DNA from: Octopus vulgaris | Taxonomy: Eukaryota | Assembly (NCBI GenBank): GCA_951406725.2 | Contig: OX597822.1 | Coordinates: 69,440,001-69,504,000, forward strand | Direction of reading: 5' to 3' | Length of the DNA: 64,000 nucleotides | Shown: piece by piece, positions 40,747 through 53,208 of the stretch | Layout: each line of letters begins with the position of its first letter | Numbering within the stretch: position 1 is the stretch's first letter | Notes under the pieces: model-generated | Told to the model about the DNA's origin: nothing | What the model saw: only the letters and a program-made list of their open reading frames with translations | Databases searched by the model: none | Position numbers and translations under genes: made by a program

Positions 40747-40750
<4 letters not shown>
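40177..40750. mobile_element. Two diverged, oppositely oriented copies of a PLE-like terminal repeat separated by (TA)n
   Basis: About 40190-40340 (minus) is the diverged reverse complement of about 40585-40745 (plus). Both contain GAGCGTAGGCTCGAAACGT. Confidence 0.6.
40614..40651 (+). ncRNA. Minimal hammerhead-like motif with variant core (CUGUCGA)
   Basis: UCUUU-CUGUCGA-A-GAGC-guag-GCUC-GAAA-CG-UA-AAAGA: 5-bp stem I, 4-bp stem II hairpin, palindromic ACGU stem III; core A6 replaced by U. Confidence 0.55.
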
Positions 40751-40781
<31 letters not shown>

Positions 40782-40788
<7 letters not shown>

Positions 40789-41768
40789 TAACTAAAACAT
40801 ATGCATATATATATACATATATGTACTACCTACCTCTACATGTATATATACACGCATATATGAGTACAGGACACCAAAAAAAACGTCGAACACAAAGAGA
40901 AACGAAAACATAGACACAAACCCAAGGAACTGGACATTTTTCTTAAACAACAAAAAAATATAGAGTACAGGACAAATAACACAAGGAAAAAACTCCTTCT
41001 TCAGTCGCCATGGTTTCATCTACTCTACGTTTCGAAGGTGAAGGCGAGACGTATCTTCGATAAGAAACTTTCCTTCCTGCGAAATAAAATTTGAGATCTT
41101 TTTGCAGAGGGGTAAAAATGGTAACAAAACCAGGACAGTAACGACAGTACAAAATATAAGCAGTAAAATACAGGACAAGGAAAATAACAAGACAAGAAGG
41201 GCTGTTAACGCCGAACAAAAAAAAGTATTACGAACGCTAATTTCTGTGAACGGCGAACGGAGCAAAGAAAATTGCCGTCCACACCTCAAGAAAGTCAGTC
41301 TAGAAAGACAGTAGTGGAGCTCTCGTCGCGGGTCAACGACGGGAGGGAGGAGGAGGAGCAAGAGAAAGGGAGAGAAGAAAGGGGAATGGTTGTGAGGAAA
41401 CCATGAAGAATGAGAGAGAGTGAGAGAGAGAGAGAGAGTGAGTGACGAATGAGAGAGAGGGAGAGACAGTTAAGTAGAAGAAAAGGAAATCAAAGAATGA
41501 AGGCTGAGAAAGGGATGGGACAGAAAGGTTAAGAGTGCGCATAAAAATTAATATCAAGAACAATCTTACTTAGAAAGGGATGCATGCGTTCCGTCAAATA
41601 ATATATTAATAAATAAAACATATGCATATATATATATACATATATGTACGTACCTACCTCTACATGTATATATACACGCATATATGAGTACAGGACACCC
41701 AAAAAACGTTGAACACAATGAGAAACGAAAACATAGACACAAACCTAAGGAACTGGACATTTTTCTTA

Positions 41769-41776
<8 letters not shown>
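40782..41776 (-). mobile_element. PLE-like non-autonomous element with partial tandem terminal repeat
   Basis: About 170 bp (40782-40955) is directly repeated at about 41603-41776. TTCGAAACGTA and CTGAAGAAGG motifs lie on the minus strand near 40995-41065. (TA)n flanks both ends. Confidence 0.5.
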
Positions 41777-41851
<75 letters not shown>

Positions 41852-42327
41852 TACGTAAATGTTGAACGATGGGAATTAGTGTTCAACACCACATTGATGG
41901 ATATAATTTCTTTATCTGTGAATTAAGGCTACCATTGGTTTCATGCTAAGAAAAGTAGGAAAATATCCTACTGTCTTAACAATTTCTCAATCCGATCACA
42001 TTTTGGAAAACACAGCCTCGTTTGGTTGGAAAAATGAATAGGAATGACTTTTATGATTATGTTTTGACTTTATTAATCAATAGTTTGAAAATCATTACAA
42101 ATTGGATAAACAAGTAAATGCATGTACATATATCTATAGATAAACATATATACACACAAGTACATATATATACGCACATATACCAACATGTACAAATATG
42201 TAAGCATATATACACATACGAAAACATGCACACACACATATATACATGTGTGTGTATATATACGTATATACTTATACGTATATGTATGCAAATAGTTACA
42301 TACATACACATACAGACATATACTTAC

Positions 42328-42382
<55 letters not shown>

Positions 42383-42429
42383 CATACACTTACGTATATA
42401 TATATATATGTATACAAATACAAATACAA

Positions 42430-42988
42430 ATATTCCATTTGTAGTCACCCACAATCCTAGAAACTGCATCTTGCACTCAGCCGAACGATGCGTCCCAATT
42501 CTACAACAGTCACCAAATCTCCAACGAATAATTTTAAAAATCACAACTTATCAACAGTCGAAGACAACCACCTAACTTCAAGAGACTCTTAACAAAGGCG
42601 AGTTTCACATATGAAAAAGAAATTATGTAAGTAACCAACCTGCGAATTAATTGAGCAAGGGACTCAAGAATTGGAAGGAATTAAAAGTGAATGCAAACAT
42701 GAATTGCAAAACCAAAATGTCGTCTACTGCATTACATGCCTACAGTGCAATGAAAACTACATTGGGAAGACAGGAAGGAAACTGACCAACCGTGTAAATA
42801 TGCATAAACAACAAATCAGGGAGTCATCTCTTAGTAATGTCCCATGCAGTGAACATCAAGATATCTATGCAAATCGAAAATTTAAAATATTCCTATTTTA
42901 CAAAATAAATGATGAAAATGCTCAACTACGAAAGGCAAAAAAGGAATACTTTACAAGACCTCTGAATCCGAGATTAAACCGAATGTAG
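42430..42988 (+). mobile_element. Penelope-like element fragment, GIY-YIG endonuclease
   Basis: NVVYCITCLQCNENYIGKTGRKLTNRVNMH...SEH...LNPRLN is a GIY-YIG domain with CxxC, preceded by IPFVVTHNP (PLE linker-like) in a disrupted frame. Confidence 0.85.
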
Positions 42989-43314
42989 CCAACAAACACT
43001 CCTTATAATAAACAATGGTAAAAGAATATTTATGACTAAAACCATAAGTCTGAAAATAAATCGGAAATAATTAATACTATCAATACTACAAAAATAACTT
43101 TAGGAGGACGTGAGTTTGAAAAGGTTAAACGAAAGCACTCACACACTAGAAAAAAATTATTTCCCAAAAAATATTTAGTAACTTCCTGATAAAAAGATTT
43201 TATAACATTTTTTGAAAAACAATTTTTTAAAATCACCTTTACACTTCAAAACTGAATTTAAGTAACCCTCATAGACTTACAAATATATATCTACATATAC
43301 ATACATACATACAT

Positions 43315-43395
<81 letters not shown>

Positions 43396-43408
43396 ATAAT
43401 ACACATGT

Positions 43409-45595
43409 AGATCGACTACATCATGGTTAAGAAGCGACGCATATTGCATGACGTCTCCGTCGTGACGCCATTCAACGCCGGCAGCGATCATCGTCTGGTA
43501 AGAGCGAGGGTCGTCATCGACGAGAAAAGGGAGAAGATGGCGTTATATTTGGCGTCGAAGGGAAAACGTGTCCGAGTCTACAACGAGGCAAAGCTGCAGG
43601 AAGCCATCATGCAGGAAGACTGGTGCCAAGGAGACGACATAGACGATGACTACAACTCACTGATAGGGAAACTGAAGGAGTGTTTAAGGAAGGCTAAGGG
43701 TGTATGCCTAAGAGAAAAGAAGGGAAGAATCTCGGAAGAAACTACGAAGTTACTCGAGAAGAGGAAAAATATGAAGAGAACTATTGAAGATCACCTTGAA
43801 CATTCCATTCTCAGCAGAGTGATTCGTCAGCAACTAAAGAAAGACTTTGAGGCATACCGGATGGAGAAGCTCTTGAAGCCCGCAGAGGAAAAGAAGAGCC
43901 TCAAGAAATGCAAGAGGGACATGGTACTATATAGATCGGAGGTGACGGCCCTGAAAAATACAGATGGAATACCTGTCAACGAGAAGAGCGAGATGGAAAA
44001 AGTTTGTGAAGACTTCTACACCAAGCTCTTTAAGTCTACCAGAAATGTCCAGCCGTTACCACCACTCTAACAGGAAGAAAACGTGCCACCTATCCTTGTC
44101 AGTGAGGTTGAAAGAGCCATCGGCTCGATGAAAAACGGAAAGGCTCCAGGGAAAGACGGTATAACATCGGAGGTGCTAAAGTCAGGCAGAGAGCAGCTCT
44201 GGAAAATCCTCGCTGAGCGATTTACGCACTATCTAGACGAGGGAAGAATTCCCTCGCAGTGGAAAGAGTCAAATACCATCCTGCTCTATAAGAAGGGTGA
44301 CAGAGAAGATCTAAAGAACTACCAACCCATATGCCTGCTGTCTCACGTGTACAAGCTGTTCACGAAGATAATTCTGAACAGGTTGTCACGTCGTCTCGAC
44401 GAACAACAACCGAGGGAGCAAGCAGGCTTCCGGAAGAACTACAGCACAATGGACCATATATTTGCTCTAACGCAACTGCTTGAGCGAGCAAACGAGTACA
44501 AGCTGCCTCTTTGCGTTGCGTTTATAGATTATGAGAAGACCTTCGATAGCGTCGAAACCAACGCAGTGCTGAACTCGCTGCAGAGGCAAGGAATCGAAGC
44601 GCAATATGTGCAGCTGCTCAGAGAGGCAAATTCCGGATGCACCACCGACATGGCGTCATCACCCATACGAGTGCCGGTCGAGAAGGGAGTGAAGCAAGAA
44701 GATACAATCTCCCCAAAACTTTTCACTGCATGTCTCGAACAGATCATCAGAGGCATCGAATGGCAAGGTGGTGTCAACATCAATGGCGAGCTCCTCACTC
44801 GCCTCCGTTTTGCTGACGACATCGTACTCATCGCTGAAAACATGGATCAGCTTCAGACCATGCTGACGGAGCTCAACATCAAAAGTTCTGCAGTAGGTCT
44901 CAAGATGAACCGCATGAAAACAAAGTTCATGCGGTCAGACAACGTACCAACAGGTCGAATGGTGATCGGCAGTGATGAAATAAAGGAGGTGAGAGAATAT
45001 GTCTACCTGGGACAGGAAGTAAATATGTGCCGGGATATCAAAAAGGAGATCTCACGGAGAGTAAGGGCCGGATGGAAGGCGTTCAATGGCATAAGGGATG
45101 TGCTCAAGGGAAGGTTGGACAGGACCACCCGCGCCAACCTCATTAACAGTGCAGTTCTGCCTGCAATGTTATATGGTAGTGAAACATGGGCTACCACAAA
45201 GAGAGAAGAGCAAAGACTGGTAACGGTTCAAAGAGCCATGGAAAGGTCAATGCTTAGTATCTCGTTGAGAGAGCATATAGATAACAAGATCATCAGAAAG
45301 AAGTCCGGCGTGAGAGATGTCATCGCAGAGTATACTCGCAGCAAGTATAGATGGGCTGGACACGTCGCCCGGCTCACCGATAGTCAGTGGACGCACGCAG
45401 TTGCCGAGTGGTACCCGCGTGAGCGGAAAAGACCACCCGGAAGACCTCCACGACGGTGGAGTGACGATTTCAAGAGGACGATTGGGATCACGTGGATGAG
45501 AAAGGCGCGATCCAGAGAGGAGTGGTCAGCGTGCTGTGACCAGCGGTGTCAAATGGACGCCTGACGGACTGGTCGGTCAAAGTGATCAAAGTGAT
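43409..45595 (+). mobile_element. RTE-clade LINE, 5'-truncated, one in-frame stop
   Basis: Shows the APE endonuclease end (IDYIM...GSDHRLV), RT motifs KAPGKDG, EQAGFR, GVKQEDTISPKLF and LRFADD, and the RTE C-terminus RWAGHVAR...GRPPRRW. ORFs 43423-44070 and 44083-45564 share a frame, split by one TAA (44068-44070). Short 3' UTR ends in (CAAAGTGAT)2. Inserted in a (TA)n tract. Confidence 0.95.
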
Positions 45596-47422
45596 ATATA
45601 TACATACAAAACGCAAGTATATGTATACACATATATGTACACATGCACACATGTATATATATATATGTATATATATACATCTGGCACCTTAAGGAAGGGA
45701 AAAGTGGAAAAAATAGGAAGGAAAAGAAAAAAAGAGAGCGAAACAGAAAGAAAGGAAGGAAGGAAGGAAAAAAAGAGAGAAAGAAAGCAAAAAGACTTTC
45801 AGTGATGGCCACACCACGTTCTCTTGTTTTTCTTGAAGAGGTTACCATCCATAAAAAAAACATTTCAATACAATGGTAAATGACAGAATAAATAAATGAA
45901 TGGTGAATAGGAAGGGGGATCTCCCAACTTCTCTCTCTATCTCTCTATCTCTCTATCTTCTGACCATCTATCTATCAATCTATCGATCAATCTAGCTACC
46001 TACCTATCTTTCTATCTATCTCCATTGTCATGGAACCTCACCTAAAAAAGCAAGAAAGTGTTTAATAGGATGTCATATTTCTCTGAGAGACAAAGATTAC
46101 ATCTTCTATAATCAATAATGTAGTGGCTTGAGTGTTTTATAATGGACCAATTGAATCTATAATTGTTATCATTTAAATATCAGATATAGTTAAATATGGA
46201 TGTGTTTGTGAATCTATTTCTCAGGATCTAAATGTGTATTTATATTGCGAAAATTTCACTTTTGTTTTAACTTTTGGTTTCACTTTTGTTTTCCAACAAA
46301 TATGTATGTGCGTGTTAACAGAGATGAAAGAAAGAGAGACTGACAAATTGTAAGAACTAACCAATAACAGACACTTGTGATACAGTGAAGTCGAGGTTAT
46401 AAATATATCACAAATGACCTAACGATAAATATTGCAAAATAAAATTAAAATGCAAGTGAATATAATAATTCATGTCTGTTGTTTAAAGTCTACAATAATT
46501 CTAATTCAATGCAATTTAGTCCCAACAAACGACATCAGATCACTTTATAAGCGCGCAATAAACCTATTGTTAATCATTACTGTTAATAATGATTTCTTAA
46601 ATTGGTTCAACACGACACATTTTGTTTGAGGATATAGTGTAATCAAATTAAGTGATCCAAGTACTTGACTGGTAATTTACTTAATTGATCTCGAAATGAA
46701 TCATCAGTAAATTCTCTAAAACATTTTATCGATTCTGTCAACTACGTCTGATCAATTTTATTTATAAAGCACTCTTGTAATATTATATTCGTTTCAAAAT
46801 TTTGGCACAATGCCACCAATTCCAAGGAAGAGGTTATGTCAATTACATCGAATCCAGTACTTGACTTGTACTTATTTTATCGACTCTCAAAGGATAAAAT
46901 TCAAAGCTGACCTCGGTGGAATTAGAACTCAGAACGTGAAGATGGACGAAATGCAGATAAGCATTTTGACCGCCGTGCTAAAGATTCTGCCAGCTCGCCA
47001 CCTTATTGTATTATTTTTTGTGAAACCATATGCACCTTATTCTCCTATATTATTTTGTATTAATAAAATTCATCTAAGTGGTTTACAGTTCCCCTTACTT
47101 AACAATCAACAGGGCTCGACTGTAAACACACTGCAATCTGAAAGAAATATTTCAACTGAATGACCGCCATAATAGTCGGAATTTCGCTTTTCCAAATATT
47201 CTAAACTATCTGAGTTCTTTTGCCTTTTGTGGCTTATATCGACAGCAATAGTAAAGTGAGTACTATCTCGAATCCTAGGAGCCACAGGCCCGGTTACCCG
47301 GTCTCCATAGCATATGAGCGACCGAGTATAGAACATTCCAGTTTTGTCACAGGGTTGCTCATTTGCAGTTGACTGGATTAGAGCTACATGAAATGAAGTG
47401 CTTTGATCGAGAACACAACAGA

Positions 47423-47587
47423 CGCAGGCGTGGCTGTGTGGTAAGAAGTTTGCTTCCCGACCACATGGTTTCGGGTTCAGTCCTACTTCGTACCATCTTG
47501 GACAAGTGTCTTATACTATAGCATCGGGCCGACCAAAGCCTTGTCTGTTGATTTGGTAGACAGAAACTGAAAGACACCCGTTGTGTG

Positions 47588-47642
<55 letters not shown>

Positions 47643-47945
47643 AGGGGAGAGAGAGGGGGGAGAGAGAGAGGGAGGGAGAGGGAGAGAGAGAAATACGCCT
47701 GTGTTTGTTGTGTTTGTCTATTTGCCTGTCGGTGTTTGTCCTCTACTACCGCTTGGCAACAGTACTAGTGTGTTTACATCCCCTTAAATTAGCGGTTCGG
47801 CAAAAGAATTTGATGGAATAAATACCAGGCCTAAAAAGGAAACGAAAATAAGTCCTGCGGTTGATTCGTTCAACTAAAATTCACCAAGGCTGTGCCCCAG
47901 CATGGCCGCAGTCAAATGACTGACACAAGAGAAACAAAAGATAAG
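47423..47945 (+). mobile_element. SINE family 2 copy with (TA)n(GA)n centre
   Basis: Same head and tail; internal microsatellite expanded as GA. Confidence 0.85.
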
Positions 47946-48207
47946 ACCACCGGGTACGGCAATCGACACGACAATCTTGAGTGCAACAATCGGAGACCTA
48001 GGCCATGAGCCTTCACTGCGAGGGTATCCACTATACCCTCAATAGACGGGGGAAATCATTAGAATGAATGGCATGATGGATTTCACAGTATTTAGCCATT
48101 GTCCATCTAAGTTCTAAGTTCAAACGAGAATGTAATTTTTATACCGGTACATTTATAGATTGTTGCATTGTAGATAGCCTGTTATATTACATCTGTTTGA
48201 GGAGAGA

Positions 48208-48606
48208 TCACGGTAACCAAGGTTACCGTGGTCTTTTTCGTAGGCTTTTCTTACCACGGATAAACCTTACTTGCTTTCCCCTTTACACCATATATCATAA
48301 CACTGTGAGACACGATCCCTATTGATCGTTTTTTTTCCTCTTCCCCTTTTTTCCCCTTTTTTCTTCTTTTTTCATTTTTCTTTTCTTTTGTTCCTTTTCC
48401 TTTTCTTTTTTTTATTTTTCTTTTTTTTTATTTTCTTTTTTTTTTGTTCTTTTCTTCTCTTTTACGATCCCTCTTGATCGAAAACCTACGCCACCCCTTT
48501 TTTTTTGTTTCGTTTGTTTTTTTGTTTTTTTCATCCCCCAAAAGAAAAGCTCTACCTTGTAACTTGCCCCATCTGTGTGCAGCCCTGTGTGGCCAATAAA
48601 GAAACT
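48208..48606 (+). mobile_element. Retroposon 3' end (L1/Tx1-like 3' UTR) with 16-bp TSD
   Basis: TCTGTTTGAGGAGAGA duplicated at 48192-48207 and 48607-48622. Pyrimidine-rich body ending in AATAAAGAAA. Family assignment is tentative. Confidence 0.7.
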
Positions 48607-49740
48607 TCTGTTTGAGGAGAGAAAAATACATAAATACAGCGGCCTCACCGGCCGCTATCAGTTTGCAACGGTCACCGTTGAGATCTCAGATTTTTTCGAA
48701 GCCTTCACAAAGTCGGCATAACGATGACCCGTCTGAGAAATGAGCCCCACGAGGTGGAGTGGCTGTTGCAGCCAGTACTTCTGGCCTCTCTCCGCGACAA
48801 CGCCATCACGGTCAGGACCGCGGGGCGCGGTTGAATACGCCATTTATTTTGGAGGGTTGTAGCCCATTGCTCCCTCCTCCATCTTCTGCTGCTTAATGTC
48901 CTTCTTTTCTTCTTTTTTACTGTTTGCTTGTTTCCTTGTAATTCAATTGTCCGACAATTATCACTCGAAATATCTAAATTCGGTTTTAAATCAATGTTGA
49001 CATAGTAATTTTGTTTATTACTTTATGATCATAAACTGAAAAGCGATGATTTAGCGTTTTCCAAGCAATGTTTCTGATATATGGTCAGAAACATTGACAA
49101 TATATCAATTATATATTATAGATAATAATGATTGATAATAATTTCTATAAGTGGGTATCATGTATAATGAAGAGTGGGGAGAAACAAATGATTAGGTTAT
49201 TTTTTGATAAGGAAAACGCTGTGGAGGGAGAAAAGAAGCTTTAAAGAGGACAAGGATAAAAGAAATATCAATGAGTGAGAAAATGAAAAAGAGGAAATAA
49301 GTAGAGAGAAAAAAAGTAGTAGTAGTATTAGTAGTAGTAGTAATAGTAGTAGAGAAGATGTATGAGAAAGAGACAGAGAGATAAAGAGGAGTAAGGAGAA
49401 GTTAAATAATAAAAGCAGATAGACAAAATGGTAAGTAAATGAAGAGAGAACGAACGAAGGAAAAGTAGTGAGAGAGAAAGAGAGACAGAGACCGACAGAC
49501 ATACAGATAGAGAGACAGAGAAACAGAGAGAGATAGAGAAAGTAAAGCAGAAGGAGATAAAGAGAGAAAAACAAAGAGAGACAGGGCGAGAGAGAGAGAG
49601 AAGTAGAGTGGGAGATAGGTAAGCAATGAAAAAGAATTAAGATGTATTTACTATCTATATGTGAGTTTGGATGAGGGTGGGTGTGTTTGTGAGTCTTTTG
49701 GAAAGATATGTCTGTGGGAGCACTTAATCGTGAATGCATG

Positions 49741-49748
49741 TATATAAA
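49741..49748 (+). promoter_or_regulatory. Candidate TATA box of VWA gene B
   Basis: TATATAAA 140 nt upstream of the ATG at 49881, paralleling gene A. Confidence 0.4.
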
Positions 49749-49880
49749 CATGTTAAAAAGATATGAACTAAGCCCTGAGAAATGTGGGAATTTTTGCATC
49801 TGTAGTGAAATAATCTTTTAAAGCTAAATCGAAGGGATGGATAAGTTCATATTTGGTACACATAATTAAAAACCGCCACA

Positions 49881-49992
49881 ATGACAATGCGGTTTGCTAC
49901 CGTTTACTTTGCCGTTTTGGCAACATCTGTGGTAATTGCGCACCGCATTGGTGCGGAGAGCAACTTGAAATCATTTGTTAGTCCATATGAAG
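49881..49992 (+). CDS. Secreted VWA-domain protein B, exon 1: signal peptide
   Basis: gccacaATG start. MTMRFATVYFAVLATSVVIA-HRIGAESNLKSFVSPYE. Consensus donor GAAG|gtaagt, 112 nt, phase 1. Not in the ORF track. Confidence 0.87.
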
Positions 49993-51881
49993 GTAAGTAG
50001 AAAGTTTTGAGTATAATGCAAACATTATTTGTTAACTATTAGATCCTTTCAGGAATTGTTGTTGTGTTGTTGCTGTCGCTTCTTCTTCTTCTTCTTCTTC
50101 TTCTTCTTCTTCTTCTTCTTCTTCTTCTTCTTCTTCTTCTTCTTCTTCTTCTTCTTCTTCCAATCAGGACTCACGCCATTAGCCACAAAGAATAATCTCT
50201 AATTCGAGCCTACTCTAAGCTACTAAGAATGCGTGTGGCAACTTGAAGACCCACCCACCACTCGCGATAGACTGGCGGTTGCATGGGTGCGAAAGCTACG
50301 TTGTTATCCTCATTCCGTAAACGGTGGCTTTTAATTTACGGAGAGCTGAACTATCCTGGGGTACAGATGATTCGCAATCTAGTCTAGGATCTGAAAGTTT
50401 ACCACACCATAGTGGGTTACACCATGGCTCCTCTCCTTTGTGGCAGAAGTAGGAAGAAAGAGTGAGAGAAAGTTGTGCTGAAAGAGTACACCCACGCCAC
50501 CCCCCGCCGGAGCCTCGCGGAGCTTAGATGTTTTTGTTCAATAAACACTCACAATGCCCGGACCGGGAATCGAAACTGCGTTCTTACGACCGCGAGTCCG
50601 CTGCCCTGACCACTGGGCCATTGCGCCTCCACGCTGCTGCTGCTGCTGGAAGACTATACTGGTTGCGTATGAAAAACGCTGTGTTTATGGCTTTCGCAGG
50701 CCATCCCAGCCCGGTGAGACTGATACAATCAGTGACCCTCTTAAATAGCTGATGTTGACAGCAGTAGGAATAACTGATACAAGAAAGTGAATGCAGTAGA
50801 CTAAAGTTCTTCAAGAGAAAGATATATGTGTATTTGGTTATTGAGGAGTAGGCGCAATATTAATCGCAAAATGAAGAGAGACAATTCTGAGTGCCCGAGT
50901 GGAGTTTCACCCAGACTATCAGACTGTCTCTGAGAGAGTGGAAGCCAATATAGTGACAGTAGAAAAAGTAACGAGAGAAGACAATATGTCCATGGGTGAG
51001 ACGATACAATTAAGATGTAGACGATAGTGTTAAAGTGTAAGAAGTATCAGTATGGTTCTCGATGTGGGAACTATTCTCCATTGCGATGTCACGTGAGCTT
51101 TATAGAGAATTAGTAGTTATTATGGGATCAGGTAATTTTGAGCTCCGAAGGGGAAGCCTGCTTTTGTGTGTGTGTGTGTACGACTGGATTCCACACAGTG
51201 TGCTAGATTCACTCAAGGCTTTGGTCAGCTCGGAACTATAACAGAAAACACTGGCTTTAAGAGGCCGCGCAGTGGGACTGAACTCGAACCTTTGTGGTTG
51301 CAAAACGTTCTTCTTAGCCACACGGCCATACCTGCACCTAAGGATTTAATTCAGCTTTTAGTGAGTTTGCAGTATAGAAAACTGAAAGTGAGTCAAAAGT
51401 TTATTGGGTGTAATTTCATACATTTTCTCACACGTTGTCTGTTTCTATATTCTATTACCCATGAGGGACGAAAGATATGTTAGGAAAATGAATATCAGTT
51501 CACAACGATTAAGTAACTGAAAGACAAGAAAGCCAGTTTAATAGAGGTTTCCAGAGGATATTGATACAACTTGGCTAACAAATACATATTAAAACTTTGA
51601 TAAGTTGTGTGTTTACAACGGTGAATTTCACCTTCTTATAGCAGATATTAGAGAGCTAAAATGGACGGTCCTATTAAAAGTTAACTCGTTCACCAAAAGT
51701 ACAACTCAGCGTCTTGTGACACCTTACAACATACCATTTCAGTGCTACGCTAATTTGTTATAGACTTCACCGGCTGTAGTTTTTGTATACAAAATACTGC
51801 TTAACATTGATATTTTTGTTTTCATTTTCATGTATCTTATTATCACCATTTAATACATAGCCAATCTTTTTTTTTTTTCAG

Positions 51882-52451
51882 AAATACTCTGTCAAGACCC
51901 TGCTGATATTGTATTTGTTCTCGATAGTTCCAGAAGTGTGACCCAAACAGACTTTAAGAAGGAGCTCGATTTCGTCAGTTCATTCGTAAAGGATATGGAC
52001 ATCAGTTCGAACAAGATTCAAATCGGTGTGGTCACCTTCTCAGATAATGTCAAAACTGAGTTTGAACTGAACAAATTTTCACAAAAACAAGACATTCAGA
52101 ATGCTGTTTCTAACATTGCTCACCGCGGTGGATCAACCAACACCTGGCTAGCTCTAAAACATATTCGAACAGAGTCTTTTATAACTGACCATGGTGGAAG
52201 AGTGGGAATACCTAAAATTGTTATTCTTGTAACTGCAGGTGGTTCCAACGGAAAGAGCAAAACGCTAAACGAAGCTAAACTTCTTCATAATGATCCACTT
52301 AGAGTCTTTACGGTAGCTGTGGGAAACAAAGTCGATGATGATGAGTTGAGAGCAATAGCATCAAAACCGGAAAATGCTTTTAAAGTGTCGGACTTCAATT
52401 CCCTGGCTACAATCGAAGACAAAGTAATGCAAAATTTCTGTAGAAAAGGAG
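51882..52451 (+). CDS. Secreted VWA-domain protein B, exon 2 (VWA domain 1)
   Basis: Acceptor (T)n-cag|AA, donor GGAG|gtagga; 570 nt, phase 1-1. Shows ADIVFVLDSSRS, GGSTNT and VTAGGS (MIDAS Asp replaced by Ala). Confidence 0.94.
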
Positions 52452-53208
52452 GTAGGATTCTACTTACATATATCTTTCTTGAAGATGAAAATATTGATGG
52501 TGGTGGTGATGGTTGTTGCAGAGATAAATTTTATTAAGATGGAGAATATAGTAGTGGATATGATAGCGATATAATCGAAAGTAGCGCCGCATAGTTTGTG
52601 TATAGATTTTGACTTGAAATTCGGTGCAAGATCGAAAACGAACTCTGCAGGCCTGCGAAGAACTTTCTATTCTATTGAGCTGACCTATGAGGATTTCATT
52701 CAGTACTCAGTTATCAAATACAGGAGTATTGACTCTAGAAGATTGGTAATAAAGAAACAGTTTATTGAATAAAATCCCTTCGAACATTTCTTTATAAATT
52801 TCTTTACGTATTGTCTGTTTTTGTATCGTATCATGCATTGTAGACGAGCAATAGCAGGGAAATTTACGGCAGTTTATAAATCATTAAGTAATTGTAATGT
52901 AGGAAAGTCAATAAATCAAACTTACTAACGCTAAGATATTAATATAGCTTTGCAAATACTTACTGAAATTTCAATTTGTACTTTCATATAACAGATATTG
53001 GATAGCTAAAGTCAATGGCATTATTGAAAGTTAATTATTCATTTAATTAAGCACAACACCTTACCATTACAGGGCCACGCCAATTTCTTATAGACTTAAC
53101 CGTCGGTAGCGTTTGTGTATAAAATACTACTTAACATTGATTTTTTGTGTTTGTTTGTTTTTCATGTACCTTATTATTTTCATCTAATATAAACGAAATC
53201 TTTTTCAG

